The notes beneath the pieces were generated by a model, which made no database searches, was not told where the DNA came from, and saw nothing but the letters and a program-made list of their open reading frames with translations. Source: Patescibacteria group bacterium (GTDB taxonomy: Bacteria > Patescibacteriota > Patescibacteriia > UBA9934 > GWF2-40-263). Taken from it: a stretch of DNA of 64,000 bases. Both the position numbers and the translations under genes were made by a program. Below are positions 47,018-57,498 of the stretch, piece after piece; within the stretch, counting starts at the first letter, position 1, and each line of letters starts with the position of its first letter. The DNA is taken from contig JBAZTR010000004.1 in NCBI GenBank assembly GCA_041661745.1, forward strand, positions 12,961 through 76,960. The letters are read 5' to 3'.

Positions 47018-48078
47018 CGCCCGGATGCCACTGTCGAAACCACTTCAATCCACGTCTTCCCAGTATTCCAACCAATTTCCTTTCCATCCTCGGCATAGAA
47101 CCGCAGACGCTCGTCGGCGGATTCTTTTTTCCAAACCGCATTGATTTTTCGACCGTCTTGTACAATTACCGCCTCGCCCTGGCCAACGGTTTCTAGTTCC
47201 AAACGTCCGATACTATCAACAACGGAAACCGGAGTGTAAACCACAGCGACGTTATCAGCCAAAATAGAATCACCGTCTTCAGACTTTACCTCTGCCCCGC
47301 TCTGCCAACGGATATAATTGTTGGTGGTCGCGTCGTAACGCCACTCGGTTTTATAAGTCAAACCATTTTCAATAATCAAATCAGAATCAGCAGGAGTTTC
47401 GACCGGACTATCATCTTTAAAATTCCAAAGGCTGTAAGTTGGCGCGTAAATTTCTCGAGTGGCCGTGGTTGAAACCGCGGCCGAAGTTAACAATTCGGTG
47501 GAGGTGTAAACATTGTGCGGCGCGTATCGGCTAGGCGAACGCCAAAAATATTTTCCATTCCAAAACTCATTTAAGTCCAAAAGGTCGCCGGCACTAAGTA
47601 ATTCAAGAGCCGCGGGCGAACCGCCGCAGTGGGCGTAAAGTGCGTCTAATTCAGCGGCCCAATCCAAATAATACGGACGAGCCGAACGAACCGGGCCGAT
47701 TTTTTCTGCTGTCTGACCATCGTAAAAGAAAGTAATCAAACGAGGAATATTGGCCTCAACCGGTGCCTCGATTACCAAAAAGGCGTCTTCCACGCCAGAA
47801 AGTGGCCAAGCATCGGCCGAATTTTCCACCATAACTCCAAACACTTGCGGCCGGACTGTTTCGCCTTCAGTTTTTTCGCCGGTCAATGGATGGCGAAACA
47901 AAAGATTTTCCACCACTTGTTCAGGACTTTTTTCCGGCAGCCACATTACTCTAAAAGCATAAGCAATAAGCAGAAGACACAGAAAAAATACTCCCAACGT
48001 ATATTGCCACCAATATTTTTGCCAATGTTTGTTGGTTTTTAAAAGTAATTCTTTAACTTTTTTAATTTTTTCGTTCAT
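47014..48078 (-). CDS. DUF3048 protein
   Basis: IGPVRSAR, YAHCGGS, APHNVY. Confidence 0.88.
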   Translation of the reverse strand: MNEKIKKVKELLLKTNKHWQKYWWQYTLGVFFLCLLLIAYAFRVMWLPEKSPEQVVENLLFRHPLTGEKTEGETVRPQVFGVMVENSADAWPLSGVEDAFLVIEAPVEANIPRLITFFYDGQTAEKIGPVRSARPYYLDWAAELDALYAHCGGSPAALELLSAGDLLDLNEFWNGKYFWRSPSRYAPHNVYTSTELLTSAAVSTTATREIYAPTYSLWNFKDDSPVETPADSDLIIENGLTYKTEWRYDATTNNYIRWQSGAEVKSEDGDSILADNVAVVYTPVSVVDSIGRLELETVGQGEAVIVQDGRKINAVWKKESADERLRFYAEDGKEIGWNTGKTWIEVVSTVASGR

Positions 48079-48135
48079 AACTGCCTTATTATATCACAAA
48101 AGCGGAGACCGTGCTCCGCTTTGTTTTTTGAATAA

Positions 48136-48855
48136 TTACTTCTTTTCGTTGGTCTTCTTTTCACCAGCTTTCTTTTCTTCGGCTGGAGCAGCCGCTTCCT
48201 CACCTTCAGCTTCATCGCCTTCCTTCTTCTCCTTCTTTTCAACCTCAACCGCGGTAACATCGCCTTCAACCGCCTTATCCAACTCAGCCAATTCAGCTTC
48301 AGAGCGCGGCGGAGCCACGACAGCAATAGTGTCGTTTAGGTCATCAACCAAGGTAATACCGGCCGGCAGAATCAAATCAGAAATTTTAACGGCGTCCTCG
48401 AAGGTTTTTAATTTGGTGACATCAACATCAATACTGTGAACCAAAGCGGTTGGCAAAGCGCGAACCTCGATTTCCACAAGAGCGTGGACCATAGTTCCGC
48501 CAAGTTCCTTAACAGCCGGAGCCTCGCCAATAAAGTTGAGTTTAATGTTGGCAGTAATTTCCTTGGTTAAGTCCACGGCGCGAAAATCGACGTGAATGGT
48601 TTCCAAGGTTAAAGGATCAAATTGAAGATCTTGAATAAGAACCTTTACTGGTTGATCACCATTTACGGTTAAATCAACCAAAGTGCTTTCACCGGCTTCG
48701 TTAAAAGCCACAGTCAAGGCGCGACGGTCAACGGCAACATTTTTTGGTTGGATGTTGGAACCATAAACCACGGCCGGAACTAAACCAGCGGCGCGATTCT
48801 TCCAATTATCTCGACCAATAGCTTCTCTTTTTTCGGCGGAAAGGGTAATAGGCAT
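48136..48855 (-). CDS. rplY: 50S ribosomal protein L25/CTC
   Basis: VPAVVYG, IHVDF, GEAPAVK. Confidence 0.95.
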   Translation of the reverse strand: MPITLSAEKREAIGRDNWKNRAAGLVPAVVYGSNIQPKNVAVDRRALTVAFNEAGESTLVDLTVNGDQPVKVLIQDLQFDPLTLETIHVDFRAVDLTKEITANIKLNFIGEAPAVKELGGTMVHALVEIEVRALPTALVHSIDVDVTKLKTFEDAVKISDLILPAGITLVDDLNDTIAVVAPPRSEAELAELDKAVEGDVTAVEVEKKEKKEGDEAEGEEAAAPAEEKKAGEKKTNEKK

Positions 48856-48908
48856 AAACGATGAATCTAAACTTAACGGCAGTATTGTGCAAAATAAACG
48901 GACAATTG

Positions 48909-50045
48909 TCAAGTTTTGCCGCGGTCCTTACCTAAGATTTGGGTTTTGACAGTGACATCATGAACCGTGGCACTCTCAGCAAGCCCCAGTAAAACCAAGG
49001 AAACAATCAAAGCACTTCCACCATAACTCACAAAAGGCAAGGCAATGCCGGTCACCGGCATTATACCAAGGTTCATTCCAACGTTGACCAAAAAGGAAAG
49101 CAAAAACAAAGCAGCCGTGCCAATAAACAAAAAGGCCGTAAAATCATCACGAGTCAATGAGGCGCTTCTAAAAAGACGGCGGATCAATACAAAAAAGGCC
49201 CCGAACAGTAAAAGAGTCCCAAAAAAACCAAACTCTTCGGCAATAACGGCGTAAATGAAATCAGTCTGGCTTTCCGGGACAAAACGCAATTGACTTTGCG
49301 AACCAAAACCCAAACCACGGCCAAACAGACCGCCGGAGCCAATGGCAATAATCGCTTGTCGAACATTATAACCTTCGCCCATTGGATCAAGGGCGGGGTT
49401 TAAAAAAGAAATCAGTCGAGCTTTTTGATAATCGGCAAAAACGAAAAACCAAGCTAACGAAGAGGTTAAACCGGCCGCAATACTCAGCACTAAAAAATGT
49501 TTGAATCTTAAACCGGCAAAAAATAACATAATTGCCCAAGCGCCGAGCAAAAGCAAAGCCGAACCCAAATCGGGTTGAAGTAAAACCAAAAAAACCGGAA
49601 AGCCAACAATCGCCGCACTGAAAAAAAGATGTCGCCAAGTAAAATCACCGTGTCGATAATCGGAAAAATATCTGGCCAAAGCCACGATTACCCCAAGTTT
49701 GGCTAATTCAACCGGTTGAAAATGAAAACCAAAAACAGAAAACCAGCCGGTCGTACCGCGAATGGTTTCACCAAAAAAAAGAACAAGCAGTAGCAGCCCG
49801 CACGAACCCAAATAAAGCGGCAAAGAAAAACTTTTGGCCCAACGGTAATTAGACCGAATAATTAAGAAGACTAAAACTAAACCGATTAACAAAGCTACGA
49901 GTTGTTTTTTAATTAACAAAAAACCCGAATCACCCTGTGACCAGGCCATGGAATAAAGCGCGGAAAAACCAAAAGCAATTAAAATAAGAGCGGCCGAAAA
50001 TCTGGGCCAATCAATCCTCCCTACGGCCGCGAAAAAGTGGCGCAT
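48909..50045 (-). CDS. rodA: Rod shape-determining protein RodA (SEDS family)
   Basis: QPVELAK, LQPDLGS, TDFI..EEFG, LPFVSYGGS. Confidence 0.93.
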   Translation of the reverse strand: MRHFFAAVGRIDWPRFSAALILIAFGFSALYSMAWSQGDSGFLLIKKQLVALLIGLVLVFLIIRSNYRWAKSFSLPLYLGSCGLLLLVLFFGETIRGTTGWFSVFGFHFQPVELAKLGVIVALARYFSDYRHGDFTWRHLFFSAAIVGFPVFLVLLQPDLGSALLLLGAWAIMLFFAGLRFKHFLVLSIAAGLTSSLAWFFVFADYQKARLISFLNPALDPMGEGYNVRQAIIAIGSGGLFGRGLGFGSQSQLRFVPESQTDFIYAVIAEEFGFFGTLLLFGAFFVLIRRLFRSASLTRDDFTAFLFIGTAALFLLSFLVNVGMNLGIMPVTGIALPFVSYGGSALIVSLVLLGLAESATVHDVTVKTQILGKDRGKT

Positions 50046-50050
50046 AAGAA

Positions 50051-50980
50051 TTACCGAGTTTCTATTTCTGTTCTAACATCACCGGATTGAATGCCTTTAA
50101 GGGAAGAATAAACTTGGGGATCGAAAAAATTTGTTTCCTGGACCACCTCAACTTGGGAAACGGCCGGTACTGCACCAATCCAACGGCCAGACAAAGTTCT
50201 TTCTTCGCCACTCGCTAAACCAGAAGTGGTTATTCGCATTAAACCACCAAGCGTACTGCCACGCCACAACATGACTAAAAAACTTGGTTGCCAATAACTA
50301 TAAGCCGTGTTGTTTTTAACTGAAAAAGAAACTGTTGGCGAGGTTACGTCATCACCGCGGTTAAAAGTCTGGTCGTTTATTTGTATAGCATGCTCAGATA
50401 GCCAGGCCGGGTAATCGGCAACACTACGGGAATCAACACGGTGCCATTCAATCTGCCGTAAAACCAAATCAGCCGCGGCTGGCCGCGTTCCAGAGGCTTT
50501 AAAGGTAATAAGCGGCCGCGACTCGCCGGGCAAAACAAAACCTTCGGCTTCGGCTGTTTCCCCACCTTGAAATTTAAAAGCGTATTTAAAAGTCGCGTAC
50601 CAATCGGAATTATTATTGGTTACTTTGGCATACAAATCGTAATTCTTGTCATCACCCGAAGCAACGGCCACCGCCTCGCTGACCGATAATGGATCAGCGG
50701 CCACGGAAAGAGAAAAATTTCTGAGTTCGGTTTGTCCCGAAACCGCCAGGGCGGCCACGGCTTGGCTTTCTTCGGCGCGCGAAATAACGTAAGCATCCAA
50801 AAAAAGCCAACCGGCAAAACAAATTAAAACCGCGTCAAAGGCCATAAACAACCCCAGCCCAATTTTTTTTAACAAAACCTCGTGCTCGAGCCACCAAACC
50901 TCGCGCTTATAAAATGTTTGAAATTGTTTTTCCTCTGGTTTTAAAAAACCTTGATTGTTTCCATTGTCCATAGCCGTCAT
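50051..50980 (-). CDS. Hypothetical membrane-anchored protein with Ig-like domains
   Basis: TM helix followed by beta-rich repeats. Confidence 0.65.
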   Translation of the reverse strand: MTAMDNGNNQGFLKPEEKQFQTFYKREVWWLEHEVLLKKIGLGLFMAFDAVLICFAGWLFLDAYVISRAEESQAVAALAVSGQTELRNFSLSVAADPLSVSEAVAVASGDDKNYDLYAKVTNNNSDWYATFKYAFKFQGGETAEAEGFVLPGESRPLITFKASGTRPAAADLVLRQIEWHRVDSRSVADYPAWLSEHAIQINDQTFNRGDDVTSPTVSFSVKNNTAYSYWQPSFLVMLWRGSTLGGLMRITTSGLASGEERTLSGRWIGAVPAVSQVEVVQETNFFDPQVYSSLKGIQSGDVRTEIETR

Positions 50981-51094
50981 AAAGTATAGCAGAAATAAGC
51001 CAAAAAAAGGAGTGGAAAAGTCATTATTTCCCCCTTCCCTTTTGGGGGTAAATATGCTATTCTATTGGCATCGTTTTGAGTCTTATTTTTATTT

Positions 51095-53146
51095 ATGGCA
51101 TCAGCAAAAGAAGAGAAAAAATCCGAGTATGGGGCGAAACAGATCACGGTTTTGGAAGGTCTTGAACCGGTCCGAAAACGCCCGGGCATGTACATTGGTT
51201 CCACTGGTCCGTCCGGTTTACACCACCTTATTTGGGAGGTCATGGACAACTCGTTCGACGAAGCCATGGCCGGCTTTGGTGATCGGATTGTCTTAACCTT
51301 AAATCCCGATGGCTCGATTTCTGTTGAAGATAACGGTCGTGGTATTCCAGTTGACATTCACCCACAATATAAAAAATCAGCTTTGGAGTTGGTTTTAACC
51401 AAACTGCACGCCGGCGGTAAATTCGGCGGTGGCGGTTATAAAGTTTCCGGCGGTTTGCACGGCGTTGGTGTTTCCGTAGTCAATGCCCTTTCTGATGATT
51501 TAAAGGCCGAGGTTAAACGCGATGGCAAACTTTGGATGCAAGAATATTCGCACGGCATTCCCCGCAACAAAGTTCAGTCTATTGGTTCAGCCCGCGGCAC
51601 TGGCACCACCATAACTTTTAAACCAGATCCGACAATTTTTGAAACCGTTGAATTCAATTTCAAAACCATTATCGACCACCTGCGACAACAGGCTTATTTA
51701 ACAAAAGGCATTCACCTGGTTCTGCATGACAAGCGTAAAAAAGGGGCCGAGACTTCATTCGCTTTTTATTTCGAAGGTGGTGTTGCCTCTTACGTCGCTC
51801 ATATCAACCACGGTAAAACCACCAAACATCCAAACATTTTTTATGTTTCTAAACACAGCGAGGAAAACGATTTGGATGTCGAGGTCTCTGTACAATACAC
51901 CGAGGAATACCACGAATCGGTTTTCTGTTTTGCCAACAACATTTATAACCCAGAAGGCGGCATGCACTTGGTTGGTTTTCGCTCGGCTCTAACTCGCGAA
52001 CTAAACAACTACGCCCGTAGCAAGGGTTTTATTAAAGAAAAAGATACCAATTTAACCGGCGACGACGTCCGTGAAGGTTTAACCTCGGTTATTAGTATTA
52101 AATTGCGTGATCCGCAGTTTGAGGGCCAAACCAAGGCCAAACTCGGCAACCCTGAGGCTCGTACGGCGGTTGAGGCTATTTTTGGCGAAGCTTTCCGTAT
52201 TTATTTGGAAGAACATCCAGCCGACGCTGAAGCAATCATTGGCAAATGCGTTTTGTCAGCCCAGGCCCGCGCTGCCGCTCGCGCCGCCCGTGAAACCGTG
52301 TTGCGTAAGGGTGTTCTCGAAGGCTTAACCTTACCGGGCAAATTGTCCGACTGCTCATCTAAAGATCCGGATCGTTCTGAAATATTTATTGTTGAGGGCG
52401 ACTCAGCCGGCGGCAGCGCCAAGCAAGGTCGTGATCGCGAAACACAAGCTATTCTGCCTTTACGCGGAAAAATCTTAAACGTGGAACGCGCCCGGCTCGA
52501 CAAGATGTTGGTTAATAACGAAATCAAATCATTAATCATTGCTCTTGGCACCAACATTGGCGAAGCTTTTGACATCTCGTCTCTTCGTTACAAACGTATT
52601 ATCATCATGACTGATGCTGACGTTGACGGCGCCCATATTCGCACTCTACTTTTAACTTTATTCTATCGCCACTTCCCCGAATTGGTTAAACAAGGTCATG
52701 TTTATATTGCCAAACCACCGCTCTTCCGCGTTCAAGTTGGTAAAAATGTTAAATGGGCTTTTACTGAAGAAGAAAAAGTAGCGGCCGTCAAAGAAATGGC
52801 CGGTGGCAAAGAGGCGGTGATTGAGGAAACTGATTTGGAAAAAGATGAGGTGGTTGAAGAGGCTGGAGATACTGAAGGGACTGAGGAGACTGGAGAGACT
52901 GAGGCAGAAACCAAAACAAAAGGCCCGCGAGTTATTATTCAGCGCTACAAAGGTCTTGGTGAAATGAACCCAGAGCAACTTTGGGAAACTACCATGGACC
53001 CGGAAACTCGGGTTATGAAACAAATCACTATTGAAGACGCCGAGCAAGCCGATGAAATGTTCGATGTCTTGATGGGCTCGGATGTTGCTCCACGCAAACG
53101 CTTTATTCAGACACACGCCAAGAATGTTCAGAACTTGGATATCTAA
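51095..53146 (+). CDS. gyrB: DNA gyrase subunit B
   Basis: VRKRPGMYIG, VEGDSAGG, PLRGK, DADVDG, RYKGLGEM. Confidence 0.97.
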   Translation: MASAKEEKKSEYGAKQITVLEGLEPVRKRPGMYIGSTGPSGLHHLIWEVMDNSFDEAMAGFGDRIVLTLNPDGSISVEDNGRGIPVDIHPQYKKSALELVLTKLHAGGKFGGGGYKVSGGLHGVGVSVVNALSDDLKAEVKRDGKLWMQEYSHGIPRNKVQSIGSARGTGTTITFKPDPTIFETVEFNFKTIIDHLRQQAYLTKGIHLVLHDKRKKGAETSFAFYFEGGVASYVAHINHGKTTKHPNIFYVSKHSEENDLDVEVSVQYTEEYHESVFCFANNIYNPEGGMHLVGFRSALTRELNNYARSKGFIKEKDTNLTGDDVREGLTSVISIKLRDPQFEGQTKAKLGNPEARTAVEAIFGEAFRIYLEEHPADAEAIIGKCVLSAQARAAARAARETVLRKGVLEGLTLPGKLSDCSSKDPDRSEIFIVEGDSAGGSAKQGRDRETQAILPLRGKILNVERARLDKMLVNNEIKSLIIALGTNIGEAFDISSLRYKRIIIMTDADVDGAHIRTLLLTLFYRHFPELVKQGHVYIAKPPLFRVQVGKNVKWAFTEEEKVAAVKEMAGGKEAVIEETDLEKDEVVEEAGDTEGTEETGETEAETKTKGPRVIIQRYKGLGEMNPEQLWETTMDPETRVMKQITIEDAEQADEMFDVLMGSDVAPRKRFIQTHAKNVQNLDI

Positions 53147-53246
53147 TTGAAAATAAAAAACGGTCGCAACCAGCGGCCGTTTTTTTAAATTAAATTTTAT
53201 CTTCTGTAAGCACGTGATTAATTTCTTCAACATCTGTCATATTGTA

Positions 53247-55481
53247 TCAAGACAAAGATTTGGTTCCCTCTTTTTTTACCATACCTTTGAGAGGCAGAAC
53301 CACGGTAAAAGTCGTGCCTTTGTTTTCTTCTGACTTAAATTCGATCGTGCCGCCCGACTGATCTAAAATCGCTTTAACAATATAAAGCCCAAGGCCAGTG
53401 CCTTCGGTATCGGTTTCCCGAACGTTGTCGGCTCGGAAGAGCTTGGAAAAAATCTTATCTTGTTGAGTCTTCGGAATACCAAGACCTGAATCGATCACTA
53501 AAATTTCCAGATTCTTGCCTTTAACTTTTATTTCTAACTTAATGCTTCCCTCTTCCTGTGTGTATTTAACGGCATTAGAAAGAAGATTTTGAAAAACTAT
53601 TCGAATCAGTTTTTCATCAAGCAGCATAATTGGCGTGGCCGGATCGTATTCTTTGACAAAAATTTGTCGCCTGGTATCAATCTGTGGCTTAAGTTCATCA
53701 ATAACACTATCGGCAATTTCGGTAATTCGGCAATCTTTTGGTTCGATCGTGAAAGTTCCTAATTCCAAACGTGACACATTTAGTAAAGCATTGACCAGAC
53801 CAACCATGCGTTTACTGCTTTTATAAACTACGTCCAAATATTGTTTTTGTTCAATATTCAAAGCTCCGGCGTAACCAGATGTAAGCATTTCCACGTACCA
53901 ATTAATAGCCGTAAGCGGCGTACGCAATTGATGCGAAGCTAGTGAAACAAATTCAGTTTTGGCACGATCGACTTCTTTTTCTTTAGTAATATCACGTTCG
54001 ATCCCGACAAAGAAAGCCACCTCACCGTTATGATTGAGGATCGGCGAAACACTGATCTTGGCGTCGTAAATTTCTCCGGTTTTCCGGCGGTTTTGAATAT
54101 CTCCGACAAAATTTTTTTTCTTGACTTTAATTGTATCCCAAAACTTTTTGTAATAATCTTCAGACATTGGCAGTCTCCAGAGAACAGCCGCTTTCTTACC
54201 CATGGATTCGGCCGCGGTATAACCGGTTATTTTCTCCATGGCTGCATTACTATACAATACGATTCCTTCGGCGTCAGTTATAACAATGTGATCAGAGACG
54301 TTATCGACAGCTAATTTAAATTTTTCTAACTCGGCGGCCAAATTTTCACTCCGCTTCTTTTCTTCCTCAACGTCTTCCAAAATGTTCAAAACCGCCTTCT
54401 GGATTTTGGTCGCTTCCTCGGCCCGTTGTTTAATCTGTTCGTTATTCCGGCGGGACTCATCAACGTCGCGAAGCAAACCCTGTATTTCAAAAACCTGACC
54501 CTCACGTGTCAAGGTAGACAAATAGACATCAACAAATTTAAATTCACCGGTCGCCCTAACTGCAGTAAATGGCAAAACGCGATTTTTGATTGTCCCGGTT
54601 CGTAATTCATTCAGGGTTTGACGAAAAATTTCCTGCTCGCCGGAAGAGAAAAAACCGGCTAAATTTTTGCCAACCAAGGTGGTTGGATTATAACCAGACA
54701 AGCCGTTCATGACTTGAGAAACATAGATTATCTTCCCCAAAGGATCAAGCCGAAAAACAACGTCGGGAATTGTTTCAATAATCGAACGTAGTTGCCCTTC
54801 ACTTTCCCTAATTTTTGTTTCAAATCTTTTACGACGATAAAAATAAAAAAGAAAAAGAAATTCTATAAAAACAATCAAAAGAAAGACGGCCGTTGCCCCA
54901 AGACGCCAGGCCGTCACGGTCCTCTTCCAATACTCATACGGAGCATCGGCTCCTAAAACTGCCACTGGTTGTCCGGTCTTTTTGTCGCTGAGCGAAACAA
55001 AAGAAGAAATAAAAGTTCCCCAGCGATCGGTGTATGGACCCGCTGAAACCGAACCGCTGGTTGAAAAAAGGCTCAACAGTTCGGTTGGGGCATCAGAATA
55101 TTCCACACTGGGCGGTGCGTATTCGGACGAACCGGTTTCGGCGGCGTCAATTTCAATGTAAATCTGTCCATTTTTTTCCAACATTAAATAAAGCGGGTGA
55201 AGATTATCCACAGCCACGGCTTGGCTAACAAAACGCAGCTGCTCCGATAATCGTTTATAATCAGCGGTATTTTGGTCAGAGCCACCGGGTGTAAGTGACG
55301 CAACACGATCGGGATTAACCGCCGCGGCCGCGGCCTCAATCGCCACAAGCCAGCGACTGCGCAAATCTTTATCAGCCTGAATTTCAACATATTTTACAAC
55401 AAAAAAACCACCTAAAACTGTTAGCAGTACTACAACCGACCAAATGACAACAACACGATTTATCTTGAAACGAAATTTCAT
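53247..55481 (-). CDS. PAS-domain sensor histidine kinase
   Basis: ASHQLRTP H-box, NLLSNAVKY, GTGLGL; two PAS domains; two TM. Confidence 0.93.
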   Translation of the reverse strand: MKFRFKINRVVVIWSVVVLLTVLGGFFVVKYVEIQADKDLRSRWLVAIEAAAAAVNPDRVASLTPGGSDQNTADYKRLSEQLRFVSQAVAVDNLHPLYLMLEKNGQIYIEIDAAETGSSEYAPPSVEYSDAPTELLSLFSTSGSVSAGPYTDRWGTFISSFVSLSDKKTGQPVAVLGADAPYEYWKRTVTAWRLGATAVFLLIVFIEFLFLFYFYRRKRFETKIRESEGQLRSIIETIPDVVFRLDPLGKIIYVSQVMNGLSGYNPTTLVGKNLAGFFSSGEQEIFRQTLNELRTGTIKNRVLPFTAVRATGEFKFVDVYLSTLTREGQVFEIQGLLRDVDESRRNNEQIKQRAEEATKIQKAVLNILEDVEEEKKRSENLAAELEKFKLAVDNVSDHIVITDAEGIVLYSNAAMEKITGYTAAESMGKKAAVLWRLPMSEDYYKKFWDTIKVKKKNFVGDIQNRRKTGEIYDAKISVSPILNHNGEVAFFVGIERDITKEKEVDRAKTEFVSLASHQLRTPLTAINWYVEMLTSGYAGALNIEQKQYLDVVYKSSKRMVGLVNALLNVSRLELGTFTIEPKDCRITEIADSVIDELKPQIDTRRQIFVKEYDPATPIMLLDEKLIRIVFQNLLSNAVKYTQEEGSIKLEIKVKGKNLEILVIDSGLGIPKTQQDKIFSKLFRADNVRETDTEGTGLGLYIVKAILDQSGGTIEFKSEENKGTTFTVVLPLKGMVKKEGTKSLS

Positions 55482-55491
55482 AAAAACGCCA

Positions 55492-57009
55492 CTATCCCTT
55501 GTTACCTTTTAATCTTTCGATTTCTTCTTTGAGTTCAACCATCTTAAGTTCTCGACCAACCATATTTTTGTTTAGGCGCTCCAGTTCCTCACCGCGTAAA
55601 CGCAATTCTTCGTCGTGTTTTTTTCGTTCGGAAATATCACGAGCAATACTCAAAATAGCCGGCCGACCCTGATAATTGATAATCGAGCTATTGATTTCCA
55701 CGGGGATTCTTTCGCCGTTCTTATTAAGATGAACACTTTCAAAAGTCGCTTTACCGATTTCTTGTAATTTGGCAATTCTTTGCGGAACTTGAGCAGCAAA
55801 TTCCGGAGCATCAACCTTTGCCAGAGTAAAGTTTAAAAATTCCGCCTTGGAATAACCCAAACGTTGACAAGCGGCTTTGTTAACCATTAAAAATTGCCCC
55901 TCTAAATTATGAATAAAAACCGCATCGGTTAAATCCTCAAAAAGCAAACGAAACTTAATTTCACTGTCACGCAAATTTTTAGTCATCGCTTCGGCTAAAC
56001 GAATTGCCTTGATTTGGGCGCCAAACGAAATTCTAAAAACAATAAAAAGCAGAAGACCTAGCAGAACTATTCCTAGAGCGGCCACCCATGGTGTCCAAAT
56101 CTCCTGGACGGTCAAGTTATAATCAGACGACGCGTAAAAACGAAGTTTCCATTGTCGTCCGGCCACCGCGAGCGGGATATCTTTTTCTAAAACACTACCT
56201 TGATTGACGAGCTGATCGTTTCCAGGAGAAAAGTTATAAAGCAGGGTCTCACCATTAGTTTCATCATAAATGTGCACGTCTAAAAAATCGGCCGAAGCAG
56301 ACATTCCGCTAAACAACTGGGGAAAAAAAATATCGGCTTTCAACCCAACTAAAAGAAAACCCTGAAGCTCCCCGGTGTTGGCTGTTGTTTGATTATAAAA
56401 AATTGGTAAGGCAATCATGAGAAGGTCGCCGTCGTTAATAAGGGAGGGGATCACTGGACTTAACATCGCCTGTTTTTTTTCTGCAACCTGCCGCAGTGTT
56501 GGCCAGCGTGTTTCATCGGTTAAATAATCAAAACCTAAAACCGAAGTGAATTTTGCCTCGGGCGAGGCAAATTTTAAAGCAAAATATTCGGGACGTTCGC
56601 CGGCCGGAGTTATATTAAAATCAGGATAACCGTTAGGATTATATGAAGTATCTTGGCGTACACTCTCGATAAAGGGTTCTTTATTTTCGGCTGTCACTTT
56701 TTCGACATAACCAATGGAATAAACACCAGGGTAGGTTTCTGATAAGTTTAAAGCATCAATAAAAGAGTTAAATTCGTCCCGCTCTACCACATCGCTGGCC
56801 ACAAATAAACCGCGCAGCGAGCCGAGCAAATAAACATCACGTTGGGTTTTTAAATGCAGTGTGTCCGACACTTCATCAGCCTGTTGGCCAAAGTCATTAG
56901 CGGCTTTATTGATTTGGACGTCGGACAAAATTTTCCAAAGCAAGCCGGCCAAAACCAATGAAACCACCAAGATAAACCAAGGAAAAAAACGAGAAAAAGT
57001 TCTTTTCAT
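55492..57009 (-). CDS. CHASE + PAS sensor protein without a kinase domain
   Basis: CHASE-like extracellular region, PAS/PAC, C-terminal MVGRELKMVELK coil. Confidence 0.8.
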   Translation of the reverse strand: MKRTFSRFFPWFILVVSLVLAGLLWKILSDVQINKAANDFGQQADEVSDTLHLKTQRDVYLLGSLRGLFVASDVVERDEFNSFIDALNLSETYPGVYSIGYVEKVTAENKEPFIESVRQDTSYNPNGYPDFNITPAGERPEYFALKFASPEAKFTSVLGFDYLTDETRWPTLRQVAEKKQAMLSPVIPSLINDGDLLMIALPIFYNQTTANTGELQGFLLVGLKADIFFPQLFSGMSASADFLDVHIYDETNGETLLYNFSPGNDQLVNQGSVLEKDIPLAVAGRQWKLRFYASSDYNLTVQEIWTPWVAALGIVLLGLLLFIVFRISFGAQIKAIRLAEAMTKNLRDSEIKFRLLFEDLTDAVFIHNLEGQFLMVNKAACQRLGYSKAEFLNFTLAKVDAPEFAAQVPQRIAKLQEIGKATFESVHLNKNGERIPVEINSSIINYQGRPAILSIARDISERKKHDEELRLRGEELERLNKNMVGRELKMVELKEEIERLKGNKG

Positions 57010-57072
57010 ATTTTTTTTAAAAAATCAACAACATTCTACCAAGCTGCCCCACCTTCCCCCCCTAGACATATT

Positions 57073-57441
57073 TTATTTGACGATATTTTTAACTTTTACC
57101 ACAACCTCATCCAGAGGTGTCTCGGATTTTATAAGACAATCCACTGCTCCTAAACTTTTCGCCAAGGCCATGTCTGTTTCTTGGCTCAAGTTTGTTAAAA
57201 CAATAATAGGTGTTGTAATCTTTTTCTCCTTAGCCGCTTTTAGGACATCAAAACCGTCATCTTTTGGCATAACTAAGTCCAGCATAATCGCATTAAAATC
57301 GCCATCCAAGGCGGCAATTGCGGCCGCGCCGTCGTTTACAACAGTCACGACAAAACCTTCTTTCTCTAATTTTAATTGTAAAACTTTGGCTAAAGGTTTT
57401 TCATCTTCGGCCACGAGAATCTTTTTTTGTTTGTTGGCCAT
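57073..57441 (-). CDS. Single-domain response regulator
   Basis: ILVAEDE, LDLVMP..DG, IIVLT. Confidence 0.93.
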   Translation of the reverse strand: MANKQKKILVAEDEKPLAKVLQLKLEKEGFVVTVVNDGAAAIAALDGDFNAIMLDLVMPKDDGFDVLKAAKEKKITTPIIVLTNLSQETDMALAKSLGAVDCLIKSETPLDEVVVKVKNIVK

Positions 57442-57498
57442 AAGTAAAAAATTAGACTAAACTAAGTATATCACACCTTGTCTAACTTTTATGTGTAT

